Shown here: positions 32,428-42,817 of the stretch, one piece after another
Position numbering within the stretch: position 1 is the first letter of the stretch
Layout of the letters: the number at the start of each line of letters is the position of its first letter
Assembly: GCA_963737065.1 (NCBI GenBank)
Contig: CAVTRC010000001.1
Span: 1,728,001-1,792,000, forward strand
Length of the DNA stretch: 64,000 bases
Direction: 5' to 3'
Origin: Candidatus Eremiobacteria bacterium
GTDB lineage: Bacteria > Vulcanimicrobiota > Vulcanimicrobiia > Vulcanimicrobiales > Vulcanimicrobiaceae
The notes under the pieces: generated by a model
Databases searched by the model: none
Seen by the model: only the letters and a program-made list of their open reading frames with translations
What the model was told of the DNA's origin: nothing
Translations under genes and position numbers: made by a program

Positions 32428-33540
32428 ATGCACGTAACGCCATTTCTGCTAAGTATCGCATTGGCCCTCATCGGAACTTCGGCCACAACTCCGGACGCGA
32501 GTTTCAAAGCCGGAGATTTTTCAGCTGCGCGCACCGGCTACGTAGAGCTGATTCGGAACAATCCACGCGACGTGAACGCGCTGCTCGGCTTAGCGACGAT
32601 CGAGCTGTACGACAACGATCTATCCTTGGCCCAGAACGACGTGAACCGCGTACTCGAACTGCAGCCGAACGACGAACGCGCGCAGCGGCTGCAGCGCACC
32701 CTCGCAATGCGCGTAGGAAGCCCCGGTGAGTTTCAAATTTCACAACCGCACGATCTGCTGTTGCCGTTCGTTGCGGAGCACCCGTTGCCGGTCGTCCGCA
32801 TGCGGATCGATGGCACCGTTGCAAACGTGATGATCGACACGGGCGCGCCGACGCTCGTAGTCACACAAGCGTTCGCGACCGCGCACCATCTTTCGGTGGA
32901 GAACGCGGGAATGGGAGTCTTCGCCGGCGGGCGCCGGGCGCCGGTTCAAGCGACGACGGTAGATAGTATTTCGGCGGACACGCTCAGCGTGCGGAACGTT
33001 CGCGCAAACGTCATGCCGGCGCCGGGACCCGACGTTGATGCGACCGTCGGCACGGGATTCTTCACGCACTTTTTGACGACGCTCGACTACAAGGAGCACC
33101 GGCTGATATTTCGGCCGCGCGATGCGCGGCCGCCGGCGAGGTCGGCCGCTATTGTGCCGATGTGGCTCGTCGGCGATCACTTCATCTTCACGCGTGCCTC
33201 GGTGAACGACGGAACGCCGGCGCTATACAATGTCGATAGCGGTGGCGATGTCGGCGTGCAGATGACGAAAGACGCGCTGCGAGTGGCGCAGATCGTCCCG
33301 CAAACTGACAAGCCGCAAATGTTCGTTGGCGGAGGCGGCGCAACGAGGACCTTTCCGTTCGTCGCAAATGTCGTTGCAATCGGTGGAGCGCGGCAGCGGA
33401 ACATCGGCGGCGTGTATTTTCCGGACGGTGACCAGTACCAGCCATTTCCCTTTACCGTAGCGGGTACGGTATCAAGCGGCTTTCTTCGGCATTACGCCGT
33501 GACGTTTGATTTCAAAGCGATGCGCCTGATTTTGCAGTAA
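32428..33540 (+). CDS. Secreted TPR plus tandem retropepsin-like aspartyl protease
   Basis: Signal peptide, TPR-like helices, IDTGA and VDSGG motifs. Confidence 0.82.
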   Translation: MHVTPFLLSIALALIGTSATTPDASFKAGDFSAARTGYVELIRNNPRDVNALLGLATIELYDNDLSLAQNDVNRVLELQPNDERAQRLQRTLAMRVGSPGEFQISQPHDLLLPFVAEHPLPVVRMRIDGTVANVMIDTGAPTLVVTQAFATAHHLSVENAGMGVFAGGRRAPVQATTVDSISADTLSVRNVRANVMPAPGPDVDATVGTGFFTHFLTTLDYKEHRLIFRPRDARPPARSAAIVPMWLVGDHFIFTRASVNDGTPALYNVDSGGDVGVQMTKDALRVAQIVPQTDKPQMFVGGGGATRTFPFVANVVAIGGARQRNIGGVYFPDGDQYQPFPFTVAGTVSSGFLRHYAVTFDFKAMRLILQ

Positions 33541-33581
33541 CCGAGATATCGGCTCGTACGGCAGACGCACGCACTGCAGCG

Positions 33582-34109
33582 CTACGGCCAGCAGAGCGCG
33601 TTGATCATTGCGAGTATTGCGGGGTCGCGTTTGTAGCCCGGAAGGATCTCGTAATTGATCAGTCCCGTGGAAATCGTCCCCGGGATGATCAGCATAAAGC
33701 CTCGCGAACCGAGTCCCATCGGGTCGTCCACGCGATACGCCTTCTCCGTCCCGTTGCAGACCGAAACCGTTGCAACTCGTACGTGCGGATTCGTGGGAAC
33801 TCGCGCCCCCGCTCTCACGAACTCGCTCAGCACCGCGTCGGCACCATTCGGGCCTCGGAACTCTTTCGATGCTCGCATCGGGGTAACGCGAAAATTCGAC
33901 ATACCGTCAGGGCTGCGCCACTCGTTGTAGTGGCCCGATTGCGTGCGGTGCCATCCCGGCGGAAAGTTGATCGTTATCATACGGGGAATGGGCGACGGCG
34001 TTGCGCTCGTCGTCGGTGATGCAGTCGCCGTCGTCGCAGACGCGGACGCGCGCGGCGCCGGAGTTGCATTCGAGGCGGCTAATATTACTGCTGCGACGAG
34101 GCTCAGCAT
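33582..34109 (-). CDS. Secreted hypothetical protein
   Basis: Signal peptide, Ala/Thr/Pro linker, two Cys. Confidence 0.65.
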   Translation of the reverse strand: MLSLVAAVILAASNATPAPRASASATTATASPTTSATPSPIPRMITINFPPGWHRTQSGHYNEWRSPDGMSNFRVTPMRASKEFRGPNGADAVLSEFVRAGARVPTNPHVRVATVSVCNGTEKAYRVDDPMGLGSRGFMLIIPGTISTGLINYEILPGYKRDPAILAMINALCWP

Positions 34110-34161
34110 ACGTCAGTCATAGGGTCGGTGAGCAATGCTTTATCGGAGGATCAAACTGCTA

Positions 34162-34656
34162 ATGAGGAAGACGGCGATCGCACTCGCATTTGTCGCCACA
34201 ACGACAGCGCCCCTCCTCGCGATGACGACGAGCGCGTCGGAGATTTGGCAGCTCATTCGTCAAACGCCGCAACTCAGCGTGAGCAGTGGGGACGTCGGAA
34301 TGAAGGGCGAGGATTTTGCCGGCGGCAAGCCGCTTGCGGACTTTGCATCGATTGGACGCATGAACGACGGGACGCAAGTCATGGCCGTCCCGCTGGAGAG
34401 CGGCGGCTCCGGAGGCGTCTTCAGTCAACTGATTTTCGCGCAAGGCATCGACGACGCGCGCCCGTACTTTGCCGGGTCGATAAGTTCGGGCGGCCACCTG
34501 GCCGTGAACGTCACATACCACGGGATCGTTGCAGTCTTTCCGCAGTACGGTCCAAACGATCCGAACTGTTGCCCGAAGAAATACGCGACGCAAACATATA
34601 CCATCGTGCACGACAAATTGCGGCTGCTTTCCACGCGCGTCTCGGCGAAGCCGTAA
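34162..34656 (+). CDS. Secreted hypothetical protein with DPNCCP motif (LppP/LprE-like C-terminus)
   Basis: Signal peptide; SGGSGG and YGPNDPNCCP. Confidence 0.7.
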   Translation: MRKTAIALAFVATTTAPLLAMTTSASEIWQLIRQTPQLSVSSGDVGMKGEDFAGGKPLADFASIGRMNDGTQVMAVPLESGGSGGVFSQLIFAQGIDDARPYFAGSISSGGHLAVNVTYHGIVAVFPQYGPNDPNCCPKKYATQTYTIVHDKLRLLSTRVSAKP

Positions 34657-34854
34657 TGCCGGCCAAATACCGTTCACGACACGAACGAGCAACGAAGTCG
34701 ATCGAATAGACGACCGCCTTCGGTTTCGTGCCGCGCCGGCACCGGACGGGAAAGCGTGCGTTCTCTACGTGTAGGATCGTGATACCGTGGTAAATACTAG
34801 ACCTGTCCAACGAAACAACGGGGTGTAGGCCCTTGAATCAGATAGGCTAAACGA

Positions 34855-34890
34855 AAACGATCTCCGTCCAACCGGAGATCGTTTCATTTT
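34855..34890. terminator. Probable bidirectional intrinsic terminator
   Basis: Perfect 12-bp stem AAACGATCTCCG / CGGAGATCGTTT with A- and T-rich flanks, between convergent genes. Confidence 0.8.
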
Positions 34891-34896
34891 GCTCCG

Positions 34897-35502
34897 TCAT
34901 CCGTTGTTGGCAGACGAGTTCGCGTACGCGTTTCTATTGAATTTCAGCACGACCGTCGTACCGGGCCGCACGTCGACGTCGGTCTTCATTTGTTGCGAGA
35001 GCATGTACCCGCTCGCGGCGCCGGCGACGCCGCCGTGCTTCCCATGCGCCGCATTTGCCGCCATGTGTCCGGCAATTGCGCCGCCGACGACCATACCGAA
35101 CGTGCGTAACCGGTGCGATTTCGCACCGAACGCACCCATATTGACGATCTTCACGTCGATCGGCGTCGCCGTCGTTCCATCAGGCGATTTGAACTCGTCG
35201 AAGACGATGACCATCGACGGTTTCTTTCCGAAGCTCGCGGCCTGCACGTTTTCCAGGTGGCCGTCGACCGTCCCGTCTTTGCCGCTGATCGTGAAGCGAT
35301 CGCCGTCGTGATTCTTCTTCGTGCTGATTTCTTGCTGTAGCTTTCCGCGGAACGTGCTTCCGGCTTGTGCGACAACGGAGCCGCCGTTCGCGGCGGGCGC
35401 GGCGGTCGAGTTCCCGGTCGTGACGTTGGAACTTTTGCCGCAGGCGGTGAGGCTCGTCGCGCAGAGCGCGATGAGTGTGAAGGCAATTGCAGATCGTCTC
35501 AT
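34897..35502 (-). CDS. Lipoprotein with glycine-zipper segment
   Basis: LTAC lipobox; GGAIAGH...GGVAGAASG. Confidence 0.75.
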   Translation of the reverse strand: MRRSAIAFTLIALCATSLTACGKSSNVTTGNSTAAPAANGGSVVAQAGSTFRGKLQQEISTKKNHDGDRFTISGKDGTVDGHLENVQAASFGKKPSMVIVFDEFKSPDGTTATPIDVKIVNMGAFGAKSHRLRTFGMVVGGAIAGHMAANAAHGKHGGVAGAASGYMLSQQMKTDVDVRPGTTVVLKFNRNAYANSSANNG

Positions 35503-35665
35503 GCCCTCATCTTACTCCGTACCGCGTGAGGGGTTTCAAGCCCACGTCGTTTGATGTCGCTCTCCAGCGAAAGCCTGTTCGGTGCCAGCATGGAAGCCGG
35601 CTGCGCAAGCCCGAATCACCGCGCGATGACCTGGGCACAACGCAGCAGTACTCGAGCGGCCACGA

Positions 35666-38041
35666 ATGAACCGAACGCGCACTGAGTCGCTCGCGCATTA
35701 CGCGATCCTCAACGCGCTCTGGGTTTCGCTGACCGTTCAAGACACTGCGCTCATGACGATCGCGGTGCCCTCGGCCATCAACCGGCTCACGCCGGCAACG
35801 CACGTGGAGTCGCTCGCATTCCTCGTCGCGATCTCGAATCTGGCTGCGATGCTCGTACCTCCGGTTGCGGGATGGTTTTCCGACCGTCATCGGCGCAAGA
35901 CCGGCGGATTGCGGCGTCGTTGGGTGGTTGCCGGCGTAGCGGTCGATGTTTGCGCGCTTGTCGCAATCGTCTTCACGCATACGCTCGTCGCATTCGACGC
36001 GCTGTTCATCATCGCGGTCGCCGCTGAGAACGTTGCGATCGCGGCGTATCAGGCGATGATTCCGGAGATCGTTCCGCGCGAGGCGTGGGGCGCCGCATCG
36101 GGTTTGCGCGGAGCCGCAACGTTGATCGGCACCGTCGCAGGGCTCGGCATCGCGGGAAGCATTCCAAACCCGCACGCGGTTTTTCTCGGCGCGGCGCTGT
36201 TGCTCGCGCTCGGCTTGTTCAGCCTTCTCGCGTTGAGCGAGCGCGATTATATCGTTCCAGAACCGGCGGCCGTCGTACGCTGGCATGATTTCACGATCGT
36301 ATTCATCGCGCGCGCGTTCGTCTTCTTCGGACTCTCGCTGCTCATGACATTCGTCTTGTATTTCTTTCAAGACGTGCTGCACTACAGCAATCCGAGCGCG
36401 GGCACGGCCTTCGTCGGTATCTGCTCGCTGCTCGGCGCGATTATATCGTCCGTCTTTCTCGGCGCGCTCTCCGACCGGTTCTCGCGCAAGACGATCACCG
36501 CGCTGTGCGGGATTCCGATGGCCATCGCCGCTGCAGGCTTCGCCGCGGCGCCGAATGCAAACGTAACGTTGATCTCGGCCGTGTTTTTTGGTGCGGGCCT
36601 CGGCGGCATTCTTTCGGTGGGGTGGGCGCTCGCGTTCGATAGCTTACCGCAGCTAACGAACATCGCGCGTGATCTCGGGATTTGGGGAATCGCGACCAAT
36701 CTGCCGGCCGTGGTCGCGCCGCTGCTCGGCGGGTGGATTCTTCACCGGCTCGGCGGCGCGCGCGTAGGCTATCAAGTGATCTTTAGTCTCGCGGGCGCCA
36801 GTTTTGCGCTCGGTTCGCTCACCGTGCTCCGTGTGGGTGCGCGGCCGATTTCGTCGCTGCTCACAATGCCGCTATGGATTGCAGCGATGAGTGCCGTCTA
36901 CATCGGAATGCACGTCCGTCATCGCGTACGCTCGTTCGGGCGGCTCAAACGCAACCGCGGCGGAACGCTCGTCGTAGCGAACCATCAAACCGAATTAGAA
37001 GCGATGTTCGTCGTGAGTGGGGTCGGCATGCATTCCTCGTGGCGTCATCCGGTCTTTGCGGCGACCGGCGGCCGCATGTGGGAACCGGGCTTCTTCGCGG
37101 TGCGCTTTCCGTGGCTTTATACGTTGATGCGGCGCGTCAGCATGGCGCCGCTGTTCCGCGCGCTCGGTTTCATGCGCGTCGAGAACGAACTCGGAACGCG
37201 CGCTCTTTCGGCTATTGCCCTCGTCGTGAAGGACCGGCACGGCGATGACCTGCTCTTGCGCGATATGGTCTCCGATGATGTCGCCGATCGCTTCCCCCGG
37301 GAGCTGCGCATTTCGCAGCTCTGGAGCCGAAGATACTTTGCCGCGGCGCAAGATGTGGTGAAACTCTCGAAGATTCGCGAGCCGTTCCGTTCGGAAGTCA
37401 TCGAGGAGACGCGCACGCAGCTGGAACGCGATATTGCCGCCATGGAAGACGTCGTCGCGCGCGGCGCAACGTTTTATCTCACGCCCGAGGGCCGCTATTC
37501 CAAGAACGGTGAGTTGCTCCCCGTGCGCGGGTTGCTTCCCCGGCTTTCGAAATACGCGCAATCGATCTATCTTTGCGGTATCAGTTACGATGTGTTCCGT
37601 AGCGAGAAAACGTCGGTACTCTATCATCTTGCGGAGTTGCGAGACCGCGACAGGATCGAAGAAGAACTGCTCGTCGCGCGCCCGGTCACGATCACACAAT
37701 TGCTTGCGGCATGGCTCTGGGAGCATCCCGATCCGTTTACCGAATCCGATGCAATTGCCGAAGTACGACGTTCGCTCGAGCGTCTGCCGTCCGTCGCCTT
37801 CGTCGATCCGGAATTGAAGCGCGATCCGCGAGGCGTCACCCGTGAAGCGCTCGCGGCGATGATGCGCAGCGGCGTATTGACGCTCGGTGATCGCGGCGCT
37901 TATCACATTGCGCGGCGCACCGTTCCGCTGTTTCCGGATACGGAGGATATCTTCGCGTATCACGCGCGCTTCTTCGCACAGACCGTTGCGGCAGCTACGA
38001 AATCACCCGGCGCGGGAGGGGGCGATTTGCATCGCGAGTAA
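35666..38041 (+). CDS. MFS transporter fused to a PlsC-like acyltransferase domain
   Basis: MFS part with GWFSDR and GALSDR motifs, then VVANHQTELE and TPEG. Confidence 0.82.
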   Translation: MNRTRTESLAHYAILNALWVSLTVQDTALMTIAVPSAINRLTPATHVESLAFLVAISNLAAMLVPPVAGWFSDRHRRKTGGLRRRWVVAGVAVDVCALVAIVFTHTLVAFDALFIIAVAAENVAIAAYQAMIPEIVPREAWGAASGLRGAATLIGTVAGLGIAGSIPNPHAVFLGAALLLALGLFSLLALSERDYIVPEPAAVVRWHDFTIVFIARAFVFFGLSLLMTFVLYFFQDVLHYSNPSAGTAFVGICSLLGAIISSVFLGALSDRFSRKTITALCGIPMAIAAAGFAAAPNANVTLISAVFFGAGLGGILSVGWALAFDSLPQLTNIARDLGIWGIATNLPAVVAPLLGGWILHRLGGARVGYQVIFSLAGASFALGSLTVLRVGARPISSLLTMPLWIAAMSAVYIGMHVRHRVRSFGRLKRNRGGTLVVANHQTELEAMFVVSGVGMHSSWRHPVFAATGGRMWEPGFFAVRFPWLYTLMRRVSMAPLFRALGFMRVENELGTRALSAIALVVKDRHGDDLLLRDMVSDDVADRFPRELRISQLWSRRYFAAAQDVVKLSKIREPFRSEVIEETRTQLERDIAAMEDVVARGATFYLTPEGRYSKNGELLPVRGLLPRLSKYAQSIYLCGISYDVFRSEKTSVLYHLAELRDRDRIEEELLVARPVTITQLLAAWLWEHPDPFTESDAIAEVRRSLERLPSVAFVDPELKRDPRGVTREALAAMMRSGVLTLGDRGAYHIARRTVPLFPDTEDIFAYHARFFAQTVAAATKSPGAGGGDLHRE

Positions 38042-38051
38042 CGGACGCGAT

Positions 38052-39467
38052 GTGAAGAAATGGCGTTCTTTTTGGTTTTTGAGCACGACGTTTTTCATGC
38101 TGTTGCTCGACTTTTCCATCGTTAACGTCGCGCTTCCGGCGATTCAGACGGCGTTTGCAATCCCGATGTCCAGCGTGCAGTGGGTGGTCAGTACGTACGC
38201 GATTGCGCTCGCCGGCTGCTTGATGCTCGCGGGACGCTGTTCCGATCTCTACAATCGCCGCACGATCTTTATGGCCGGGCTTGCCGTTTTTACCTTCGCA
38301 TCGTTCTTGGGCGGAATCGCACCAAACGAGATCCTGTTGATCGCGATGCGCGCGGTTCAAGGACTCGGTGCCGCAATCGTGACGCCGTCCGCAATGGCGA
38401 TCTTGATGGATACGTTCGCGCAAGGCGATGAGCGCAACAAAGCGCTCGGGATGTGGAACACGATCGGAAGTGCCGGCATCGCCGCGGGTATGCTGATCGG
38501 CGGCATTCTCGTGCAGTTCTTCGGCTGGCGTTCCGTCTTTTTTGTCAACGTTCCGGTGGGCCTCGCGATCCTAGCGCTGACGCCGGCCGTGATTGCGCAG
38601 GATACGCGCGTACGCTCGCGCGAGCCGCTCGACGTTCGTGGAGCGCTTCTCATCACGGCCGGACTCGTTGCGCTGATCCTGGCGATCGAGTCTCTCGCGG
38701 ACCGTATCATCAATTCCGACACGTATATCGAATCGGTTCTTGCTATCGTGTTGCTCGGAGCGTTCGTGCTCGTGGAACGGCGAACGAAATCGCCGTTGAT
38801 TCCCGCGCACGTGTTCTCGTATCCGAACATGATTCCCGGAACGCTGAACACGTTCGCTGAGGTTGCCGCGTATGCGGCGGCCTTCATCTTTACCTCTGTA
38901 TTCGCGCAGCAAGTCGATCGCTATTCGCCGCTCGCGACCGGCTTGGCATTTCTACCGTCGTCGATCGTGATCACCGTAATCGCGGGTCCGCTCTCCGCAC
39001 CGCTTGCGAAAAAGATCGGCATACGCCGTGTCGGGTTTATCGGCGGGATCGCGCTCGTTCTGGGCTGCCTGATTCTCATGACGACGCGCGCCGGCGCACC
39101 GTACTGGGTCGGCCTGCTGCCCGGGACCGCGCTGATCGGCTTCGGCGGAATGTGGACGTACCAAGCCGGCGTCATCGGTGCATTATCGAAAGTCGATTCG
39201 ACCGAACAAGGTCTTGCATCGGGTGTGATCAACACGAGCATGCAGATCGGCTCGAGCATCGGCGTCGCGATTGCTGCCGCGCTCTATGTCGCGGGCGGCG
39301 TGAGCGCGGCGCTTACGGTCGGCCTCGCCTTCGCCGTGGCGACATGGATTACGGCGTCGTTCGTCCTGCGCGACATCGAGCCGCACGAGGTGCCGAAGCG
39401 GCACCTCATTCCAATGGGCAAAGGCATTCTTCATTTCGCCAGGGCAGGCAGCCAAACGCTGGAATAA
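38052..39467 (+). CDS. DHA2 (14-TM) MFS efflux transporter
   Basis: LDFSIVNVALP, RAVQGLG, WRSVFFVNVPVG. Confidence 0.92.
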   Translation: MKKWRSFWFLSTTFFMLLLDFSIVNVALPAIQTAFAIPMSSVQWVVSTYAIALAGCLMLAGRCSDLYNRRTIFMAGLAVFTFASFLGGIAPNEILLIAMRAVQGLGAAIVTPSAMAILMDTFAQGDERNKALGMWNTIGSAGIAAGMLIGGILVQFFGWRSVFFVNVPVGLAILALTPAVIAQDTRVRSREPLDVRGALLITAGLVALILAIESLADRIINSDTYIESVLAIVLLGAFVLVERRTKSPLIPAHVFSYPNMIPGTLNTFAEVAAYAAAFIFTSVFAQQVDRYSPLATGLAFLPSSIVITVIAGPLSAPLAKKIGIRRVGFIGGIALVLGCLILMTTRAGAPYWVGLLPGTALIGFGGMWTYQAGVIGALSKVDSTEQGLASGVINTSMQIGSSIGVAIAAALYVAGGVSAALTVGLAFAVATWITASFVLRDIEPHEVPKRHLIPMGKGILHFARAGSQTLE

Positions 39468-39476
39468 CACCGCCGT

Positions 39477-39953
39477 ATGAAGCGCTTGCTGGTGTTGCCG
39501 TTTGTGTTCTCGAGTGCGCTCGCGCCGATCGCCGCGACGCCGGCAACTGCCCCGTTCGACCGGTTTACCGGCTCGTGGAATTGTGCGCGGGTCGATGGTG
39601 CGACCGGACACATGCTCTTTTCGAGCGTGGCGGATGATCTGCGTCTTCGCGTCGACTGGAAAAACGGCGGGAACACGTTCGCGTTCGATCACGTCTTTAC
39701 GCTCGGCGCCGATGGCAACTGGACGACGACCCAAATGAACGCCGCGAAAACCTCGACCTTCACCGGCAATTCGAGCGGTTTCGACGGCGATTCGGTGACG
39801 TTCACCGGCACGCGACGCGTCGGCGACCGCAGGTACGCGGAGCGCGAGAGCTTTCGCTTCACCTCTGACAGCACGTTCCAGCATATCTGGTACGGGCAAA
39901 ACGACAACGGTCAATGGCAGCCGACTGGCTATCAGGAGTGCACGAAGGTCTAG
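39477..39953 (+). CDS. Secreted hypothetical beta-rich protein
   Basis: Signal peptide; FTGSWNC and a C-terminal Cys. Confidence 0.65.
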   Translation: MKRLLVLPFVFSSALAPIAATPATAPFDRFTGSWNCARVDGATGHMLFSSVADDLRLRVDWKNGGNTFAFDHVFTLGADGNWTTTQMNAAKTSTFTGNSSGFDGDSVTFTGTRRVGDRRYAERESFRFTSDSTFQHIWYGQNDNGQWQPTGYQECTKV

Positions 39954-39995
39954 ACTTCGCGCGAGCGTAAGCCTGTTGCAGAGGAAGTTCAGTCG

Positions 39996-41813
39996 ATGCA
40001 ACAGCGCTCCGTCAACGATTTCACGATACGGGTCGCAACGGTCAACGGATCGGGTAGTCAGTCCTCCAATCTCGTTCTGACCAGCGCCATCTTTCGCATG
40101 GGTATCCCCGTCGCCCCGAAAAACGTCTTTCCGTCGAACATCGAGGGTCTGCCGACCTGGTTCGACGTTCGCATCAGTTCGAAAGGCTATCAATGCCGGA
40201 CGCGCGACATCGACGTTCTCGTGGCCCTCAATGCGTCGACGTGGCGAACGGATGCCGCCTCCGTCCGTCCCGGCGGCGTCATCATACATGAGGCGACCTA
40301 TCCCGTTACCGGCGAAGCGCAGCGCGACGACGTCATCTACTACGCCGTGCCGTTCAATGAGCTCGCGAAAGCGAACGTCAAGGACGGCGCGTTACGCAAG
40401 TACTTGTTGAACATGATGTACGTCGGCGTGCTTGCGGAACTGCTTGGCATCGATGAATCGACGGTTGAAGCGGCGATTGGCTCGCAGTTCAAACGCAAAC
40501 CGGCGGCCGTGACGACGAACATGGACGCGGCGCGGCTCGGATTCGTGCACGCGCGCGAACATCTGACGAAACAGGATCCCTTTACGCTGGAGCGCATGTC
40601 GGGTGCGACCGACGGGCTCGTCTTTATCGACGGCAATCGCGCTGCCGCGCTCGGATGCATCATGGGCGGATGCACCGTTGCGGCCTGGTATCCCATCACG
40701 CCGTCCTCGTCGCTGTGCGAGTCGTTCATTGCGCTTTCGGAAAAATATCGCGTCGATCGCACAACGGGCGAGAGAAACGTTGCAATCGTGCAAGCGGAAG
40801 ACGAACTTGCCGCGATCGGCATGGTTTTCGGCGCAGGCTGGGCCGGTGCACGCGCGATGACCTCGACGTCTGGGCCGGGTGTATCGCTCATGGCGGAGTG
40901 GGCCGGCTACGGATACTACGCGGAAGTGCCGGGGGTAATTTTTGACGTGCAGCGCGCAGGCCCGTCGACCGGGTTGCCCACGCGGACGATGCAGGGCGAT
41001 GTTGCGTTTGCATATCAGCTCTCGCACGGTGACACGAAGCACATCGTGCTCTTGCCGGCGACGGTTCAAGAGGCGTACGAGATGGCGATGGACGCATTCG
41101 ATCTCGCCGATCGCTTTCAAACGCCCGTGTTCGTTCTTTCCGATCTTGATCTCGGTATGAATTCGTGGATGTCGAACCCGTTGCCGTATCCCGAGCGCCC
41201 GTTCGACCGCGGCAAAGTCCTCGACGAAAAAGATTTGAACCGCCTGGAGTCATGGGGACGGTATCGCGACGTCGATCACGACGGCGTGCCGTATCGCACG
41301 CTTCCCGGTACGAATCATTCTTCAGCCGGGTTCTTTACGCGGGGAACGGGACACGACGAAGAGGCGCGCTATTCGGAGCAGCCCGACGTGTGGCGCCGCA
41401 ACCTCGACCGCCTCGTCCGCAAGCATGATACGGCGCGCACGGCGGTGCCGCAGCCGATTGCTGAAGAACGGCAAAATACGATCGGCATTCTCGCGTACGG
41501 GACGACGCATCACGCTGTCGTTGAAGCGCGAGACACGTTGCGCAAGGACGGCATCGACGTCGATTACCTGCGCGTGCGCGCGTTACCGTTCTCGCCCGAC
41601 ATCGCCGCGTTCGTGCGGCGGCACGATCGCGTCTACATCGTCGAGCAGAACCGTGACGGGCAAGTCTATGGACTACTTCGCGCGGAACTCCCGCAACATC
41701 TCATCGGACGGCTCCATTCGATCCGTCATTATAACGGCGTGCCGATCGACGCACATGCGATTATATATCCTCTCTTGGTTGCCGAGCGTCAGCCGGCGGT
41801 GGTAGCAGAATGA
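39996..41813 (+). CDS. korA: 2-oxoacid:ferredoxin oxidoreductase alpha subunit
   Basis: YPITPSS, QAEDELAA, TSGPG, QRAGPSTGLPT, VEQN. Substrate specificity not determined. Confidence 0.92.
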   Translation: MQQRSVNDFTIRVATVNGSGSQSSNLVLTSAIFRMGIPVAPKNVFPSNIEGLPTWFDVRISSKGYQCRTRDIDVLVALNASTWRTDAASVRPGGVIIHEATYPVTGEAQRDDVIYYAVPFNELAKANVKDGALRKYLLNMMYVGVLAELLGIDESTVEAAIGSQFKRKPAAVTTNMDAARLGFVHAREHLTKQDPFTLERMSGATDGLVFIDGNRAAALGCIMGGCTVAAWYPITPSSSLCESFIALSEKYRVDRTTGERNVAIVQAEDELAAIGMVFGAGWAGARAMTSTSGPGVSLMAEWAGYGYYAEVPGVIFDVQRAGPSTGLPTRTMQGDVAFAYQLSHGDTKHIVLLPATVQEAYEMAMDAFDLADRFQTPVFVLSDLDLGMNSWMSNPLPYPERPFDRGKVLDEKDLNRLESWGRYRDVDHDGVPYRTLPGTNHSSAGFFTRGTGHDEEARYSEQPDVWRRNLDRLVRKHDTARTAVPQPIAEERQNTIGILAYGTTHHAVVEARDTLRKDGIDVDYLRVRALPFSPDIAAFVRRHDRVYIVEQNRDGQVYGLLRAELPQHLIGRLHSIRHYNGVPIDAHAIIYPLLVAERQPAVVAE

Positions 41814-42817
41814 CCGTGAATTTAATCGGCCTGGGCCGCGATGTCTACAAAGGTCTTCCCACGACACTATGCGCGGGGTGTGGCCATAATTCGATCACCA
41901 ATCACCTCATCAAGGCGCTCTTCGACTACGGCGTTCCGCCGCACAAGCTCGCCAAGATGAGCGGCATCGGCTGCTCGTCGAAGACGCCCGCGTATTTCGT
42001 CGAGCAGGCGCACGGATTCAACGGCGTGCACGGCCGCATGCCGTCTGCCGCGACGGGTGCAAAGCTTGCAAATCGCGAGCTGGTGGTGCTCGGTATCAGC
42101 GGCGACGGCGACACAGCGAGCATCGGCCTCGGTCAATTCGTGCACATGGTGCGCCGCAATCTCGACATCGTCTACCTCGTGGAGAATAATGGTGTCTACG
42201 GCTTGACGAAGGGCCAGTTTTCGGCAACCGCGGACGTCGGTTCGACGTTGAAAAACGGGACGCCGAACGAATACGCGACAATCGATATTTGCGGACTTGC
42301 AATCGAGCTCGGCGCAACGTTCGTCGCTCGTTCGTTCTCCGGCGACGGAAAGCAGTTGGTGCCGATGTTGCAAGCGGCGTTTTCCCATCGTGGTGCGTCG
42401 ATCATCGACATCATCAGTCCGTGCGTTACATTCAACGATCACACCGGTTCAACGAAGAGCTACGCATACGTGAAGGAACATGAGTTCGTCGCCAACACGC
42501 CCGACTTCATCCGCCCGCGCGAAGAAGTCGCGGTCGACTACGAACCCGGTACCGTTCAACACGTCACGCTTGAAGACGGCGCCCAAGTCGTCTTACGCAA
42601 AGTGGATCGAAACTACGACGCAACCGATCGCATCCGCGCGCTGAGCATCATTCACGAAACGCGCGCGCAAGGTGAGTTCGTCACCGGCCTCCTCTTCGTG
42701 GATCCCGATGTAGCGGATCTCTGCGAACGCGAGAAACTGACGAGCAAACCGCTCAAAGATCTGAACGAAGACGAGCTTCGTATCCCCCGCGAGGCGTGGA
42801 CGTCGCTATTTAATTAG
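41810..42817 (+). CDS. korB: 2-oxoacid:ferredoxin oxidoreductase beta subunit
   Basis: CAGCGH, GIGCSS, HGR, GDGD, NNGVYGLTKGQFS, SPCVTF. Confidence 0.92.
   Translation: MTVNLIGLGRDVYKGLPTTLCAGCGHNSITNHLIKALFDYGVPPHKLAKMSGIGCSSKTPAYFVEQAHGFNGVHGRMPSAATGAKLANRELVVLGISGDGDTASIGLGQFVHMVRRNLDIVYLVENNGVYGLTKGQFSATADVGSTLKNGTPNEYATIDICGLAIELGATFVARSFSGDGKQLVPMLQAAFSHRGASIIDIISPCVTFNDHTGSTKSYAYVKEHEFVANTPDFIRPREEVAVDYEPGTVQHVTLEDGAQVVLRKVDRNYDATDRIRALSIIHETRAQGEFVTGLLFVDPDVADLCEREKLTSKPLKDLNEDELRIPREAWTSLFN

Noticed and set aside
39996..42817. korAB as evidence of a reductive TCA cycle
   Set aside because: These enzymes commonly act oxidatively, and no citrate-cleaving enzyme is in the window.
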